Positions 61,317-64,000 of a stretch of 64,000 nt of DNA are shown here, piece by piece. The stretch's first letter is position 1. Each line of letters starts with the position of its first letter. The stretch lies in IMG/VR virus record IMGVR_UViG_3300028840_004908; one strand, written 5' to 3'. This DNA comes from a virus. Made by a program: the position numbers and the translations under genes. A model generated the notes under the pieces. That model made no database searches, was not told the DNA's origin, and saw nothing but the letters and a program-made list of their open reading frames with translations.

Positions 61317-61522
61317 GTCTGTAAAATTTCCTGATTTTCAAAAAATTGTTCAAGATAATACGGGCAATCATCTGGAACATGCGCCGCATAATGCTCAATC
61401 TCCGCCGTGTAATCGGCTTTCCTGTTGCGCCAATAACTACGAATAAGATTTACCGTGCTGATACAAGCCCATTGCTCTGTCGCTGGGCACCGTTTTCTAC
61501 AGAAGTCTTTACACTTCAACAC
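61304..61522 (-). CDS. Cys4 mini-protein family member (divergent)
   Basis: ...FCRKRC...CPYYLEQFFENQ. Confidence 0.45.
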   Translation of the reverse strand: MLKCKDFCRKRCPATEQWACISTVNLIRSYWRNRKADYTAEIEHYAAHVPDDCPYYLEQFFENQEILQTEIV

Positions 61523-61760
61523 TTTTCATCTCCACCAAATGTTCAAGAGCGTATCTACAATGCTTTGGCGGCAACTTGCGTATATCCTGCTTCTGATTTA
61601 CAATTGGCCTTTCTCGGCGAATGAAATAAAATGGGCACGTCACCCTATTGTTTTTCCAAGCTCCCTCATCGTCCATCTTTTGACTTTGCCACTTCGTCCC
61701 TGCGCCCATTTTGGGACCGAATTTATTGATACACGTTTTGCAAACTTCTTTGTTCAACAT
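61509..61760 (-). CDS. Cys4 mini-protein family member
   Basis: MLNKEVCKTC...CRYALEHLVEMK. Confidence 0.55.
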   Translation of the reverse strand: MLNKEVCKTCINKFGPKMGAGTKWQSQKMDDEGAWKNNRVTCPFYFIRRERPIVNQKQDIRKLPPKHCRYALEHLVEMKSVEV

Positions 61761-61763
61761 TTG

Positions 61764-62186
61764 TCAACCTAATGCATGATTAACCCAAATGCCTTTCGGA
61801 AAGTCTGGGTTCAAATAGAAAACAAGGTCGCTCCATTTCCTTCCACGCCTATCCCGTCTCCTTCTGAACATCTGTAAAAAAGCATCTTCATCCTTGAACG
61901 GACGCCAAGGGAGTTTTGCAACTTCTGATTTAAGAAATTCTCCAACGTCTCTTAGTTCACTTTCCGATAGTGTATTTTGATAAATACACGCTATCCAAAC
62001 CGTCCTTGCTTTTTCCCGGTCCTTTGTCCAAAAATACATCAACTCTGGAGCAAACACAAGAAAAACATCAACAGGAGTTTTCAATGAAACCGCATCAAAC
62101 TGTTCCCGTTTCCAACCAATATCTATAAATGCTTTTGAAACAGTTATCAAATCTTTTTCAATATGCGGGAGCAAATCGTGCTTCAT
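61764..62186 (-). CDS. hypothetical protein (non-family, 140 aa)
   Basis: MKHDLLPHIEKDLITVSKAFIDIGWKREQF... Confidence 0.45.
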   Translation of the reverse strand: MKHDLLPHIEKDLITVSKAFIDIGWKREQFDAVSLKTPVDVFLVFAPELMYFWTKDREKARTVWIACIYQNTLSESELRDVGEFLKSEVAKLPWRPFKDEDAFLQMFRRRRDRRGRKWSDLVFYLNPDFPKGIWVNHALG

Positions 62187-62188
62187 TG

Positions 62189-62377
62189 CTACACTCCAAC
62201 CACTGTCTCAATCCCGCCCGAGATCGTAATGAGCGTATTCTTTACTGCCTCCGCCAATTTGGTATTCACCGCAGCTTTGGATATAACATCTTTGGCTTCC
62301 TTCAACGTTTCAAAATCACCCTTTGTCTTGGCGTTGATCGTAATCACAATTTGAGTCTGGGTCTCTATTGTAATCAT
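62189..62377 (-). CDS. hypothetical protein
   Basis: 62-aa ORF MITIETQTQIVITINAKTKGDFETLKEAKD... Confidence 0.35.
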   Translation of the reverse strand: MITIETQTQIVITINAKTKGDFETLKEAKDVISKAAVNTKLAEAVKNTLITISGGIETVVGV

Positions 62378-62586
62378 TTTTCTCCCTTTTGCAACAAAAA
62401 TTGTTCCAAATAATAATTACACCATTCTGGAGGTTCGCCCTCAACAAACGCAAACCTGCTTTGCCACTCAGAAAAGCAATGGACATGCGGGTTGTATTCT
62501 TCCCCGTTCCAATCGTTTTCGTCTTCAAAATCCCATTCAACGTTGCGTCGTTTGAAACATTGTTGGCATATTTTCTTATTAAGCAT
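62374..62586 (-). CDS. Cys4 mini-protein family member
   Basis: MLNKKICQQC...CNYYLEQFLLQK. Confidence 0.55.
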   Translation of the reverse strand: MLNKKICQQCFKRRNVEWDFEDENDWNGEEYNPHVHCFSEWQSRFAFVEGEPPEWCNYYLEQFLLQKGEK

Positions 62587-62589
62587 CTA

Positions 62590-62793
62590 TTACCACCAAA
62601 GCTTTTTGCCTTCAACCAGCATGTGCTCCATAGCATAAGGGCAATCAAATTCAAAAGGGCTGTCTTTCTTTTCCCGCGAATCCATAAAAGCCGTCCAATG
62701 TTTCGCTTCAGGATGTTTCAACCAACACCCCCATCTGCGCATGCAGAGTGCTTCAAAGTGCTTACATTTTTTGCAAATGCGCCTACTCAACAT
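62590..62793 (-). CDS. Cys4 mini-protein family member
   Basis: MLSRRICKKC...CPYAMEHMLVEG. Confidence 0.55.
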   Translation of the reverse strand: MLSRRICKKCKHFEALCMRRWGCWLKHPEAKHWTAFMDSREKKDSPFEFDCPYAMEHMLVEGKKLWW

Positions 62794-63200
62794 GTTTGAA
62801 ACTCAACCATCTTTTCCATTTTGTATTCACAAAATTTTGGATACGATGAATGATAACAATACAACCGTATCAAGCAATGCCAATGTGAGTTCTCGTTATT
62901 CTTCATACAACTTTGACACGTTTTACTTAATCGCAATTCTGTCGGAAGCTTTTTCGGAACAACCCACCAACGTAATTTTTCTTTTTCATTTCCACCAACA
63001 CAAGCCGCGTGCCTTTCCAACTTTGTCCGATTGCTTCGCTGATTCCATTTGCTGTCTTTGTGGTTCTCAATCACAGCATCTTCAACGTTGAATTTCCAAA
63101 CTTCCAAAACACGCTGAATGTTATGAAGACAAACTCTCGCATGCTTAACTTTTTTGCCAGTCTGTTCCTCATAAAACCGTTTGACTTGTTCTGTGATCAT
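62787..63200 (-). CDS. hypothetical Cys-rich protein with degenerate family-like C-terminus
   Basis: ...CQSCMKNNENSHWHC...FCEYKMEKMVEFQTC. No MLSK start. Confidence 0.4.
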   Translation of the reverse strand: MITEQVKRFYEEQTGKKVKHARVCLHNIQRVLEVWKFNVEDAVIENHKDSKWNQRSNRTKLERHAACVGGNEKEKLRWWVVPKKLPTELRLSKTCQSCMKNNENSHWHCLIRLYCYHSSYPKFCEYKMEKMVEFQTC

Positions 63201-63415
63201 TCGTTCACCGTGAAGGTTTCTGGATCACCTGAGATTCTCCAACAGTCATCGTTCTTGCCACAATTGGGACAAGGGCTTCGCGTAATCATTTGAAGGCTTT
63301 CATCTGGCATAATAACGCTTTTAGCATGACTTCTGAAAACTGCATCACAGCGGCAATAACAAGTGTTTTCTGGATATTTGTCAAAAACCGCCCAATCAAT
63401 TTCCGGTTGTTCCAT
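63197..63415 (-). CDS. zinc-ribbon protein (non-family)
   Basis: CYCRC...CPNCGKNDDC. Confidence 0.35.
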   Translation of the reverse strand: MEQPEIDWAVFDKYPENTCYCRCDAVFRSHAKSVIMPDESLQMITRSPCPNCGKNDDCWRISGDPETFTVNE

Positions 63416-63878
63416 CTTTCATCTCCTGAATTACCTTTTTCAATTTTTCAACTTCATTTTCAAGCTGACTGATTTTGCCCCGCGAAACAACTGAATCAGT
63501 CCGTGCTAATTTTGGTCGAAATTCTTCTCGATAATATTTCGTAACTTTATCTTCCCTATATGGTCTCATGGTAACTTCATCTTCGGTAACTATCCGCACA
63601 AAACCAAAAATAATTATGATGATTGCGATACAAGCAAAGGTCCACAAAGCTGGTCTTGCAACATAAGCAATCCCGCGTTTGAGCCGTTCTTTAAACCGTT
63701 TACCTTCAATAGTCTGCTCCAAGTGAAAAGGGCATTCCTTCGGAACAAGGCTTTCAATTCCCAATCGGAGGCCCAGCTCTGCACAAGACAATTCTTTATC
63801 CAAATACCATTCAACATGGCTGATGCGCGGAATGTTCTTCTTTTTCAGACATTGGTCACAAATGCCTTTGCTCAACAT
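63396..63878 (-). CDS. Cys4 mini-protein family member fused to a TM + coiled-coil extension
   Basis: MLSKGICDQC...CPFHLEQTIEG...WTFACIAIIIIIFGFV...ISQLENEVEKLKKVIQEMK. Confidence 0.55.
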   Translation of the reverse strand: MLSKGICDQCLKKKNIPRISHVEWYLDKELSCAELGLRLGIESLVPKECPFHLEQTIEGKRFKERLKRGIAYVARPALWTFACIAIIIIIFGFVRIVTEDEVTMRPYREDKVTKYYREEFRPKLARTDSVVSRGKISQLENEVEKLKKVIQEMKDGTTGN

Positions 63879-63879
63879 T

Positions 63880-64000
63880 GCTTGTCCTCATTAAATGCTC
63901 AAGTTTATATGGACATTCTTTTGGCGCATCATCTGTATGTGAAAGCAACCCTCCTTTTGGACACATCACCCAATGTTTTCCTTCCTCCCATTCTGGCAAT
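63880..64000 (-). CDS. Cys4 mini-protein family member, partial (start beyond window end)
   Basis: C-terminal ...CPYKLEHLMR tail encoded at about 63885-63930. The array therefore continues past 64000. Confidence 0.4.

Overview
This 64-kb window is coded entirely on the minus strand and looks like part of a large dsDNA virus of a prokaryote (a jumbo-phage-like element). The evidence is Shine-Dalgarno sequences before starts (AGGAGG, GGAGGG, GAGGGAAA), frequent ATGA and longer stop/start overlaps, and two clear rho-independent terminators. The long plus-strand ORFs in the track are antisense shadows of minus-strand genes.

The left 30 kb holds about 70 genes, most with no recognisable family. 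The recognisable ones are an ATP-dependent DNA ligase (KxDG motif), a Pol X (pol-beta-like) polymerase, a WGR-domain protein, and an AAA+ ATPase (CobS/MoxR-like) paired with a CobT-like vWA protein carrying a long acidic tract. There is also a secreted 3D-domain cell-wall hydrolase, a Lys/Pro-rich histone-H1/AT-hook-like protein, and several zinc-ribbon proteins. This half also carries six or seven copies of a conserved 60-100-nt element placed 10-60 nt upstream of start codons.

The right 33 kb (30.8 kb to the window end and beyond) is the unusual part. It is one co-directional tandem array of roughly 100 or more divergent mini-genes (about 45-110 aa) from a single four-Cys family. Members start M-L-S-K-x-[IV]-C-x-x-C and end with a conserved tail (consensus C-P-[YF]-x-L-E-H-L-M-E-x-Q-N-A-E). 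Neighbours are chained by an 11-nt overlap, AATGCTGAGTAA, that encodes NAE-stop of one gene and MLSK of the next. Unrelated cargo genes interrupt the array: two Nudix hydrolases, a CX5R phosphatase, an MBL-fold hydrolase, an HExxH protease, a dual HNH endonuclease and small membrane proteins. At least five copies of a sigma70-like TTGTATAAT promoter element sit in the gaps. A (CTTG)n tetranucleotide microsatellite lies inside one embedded gene. I cannot assign the mini-gene family to any described protein family. I found no tRNA, rRNA or CRISPR array.
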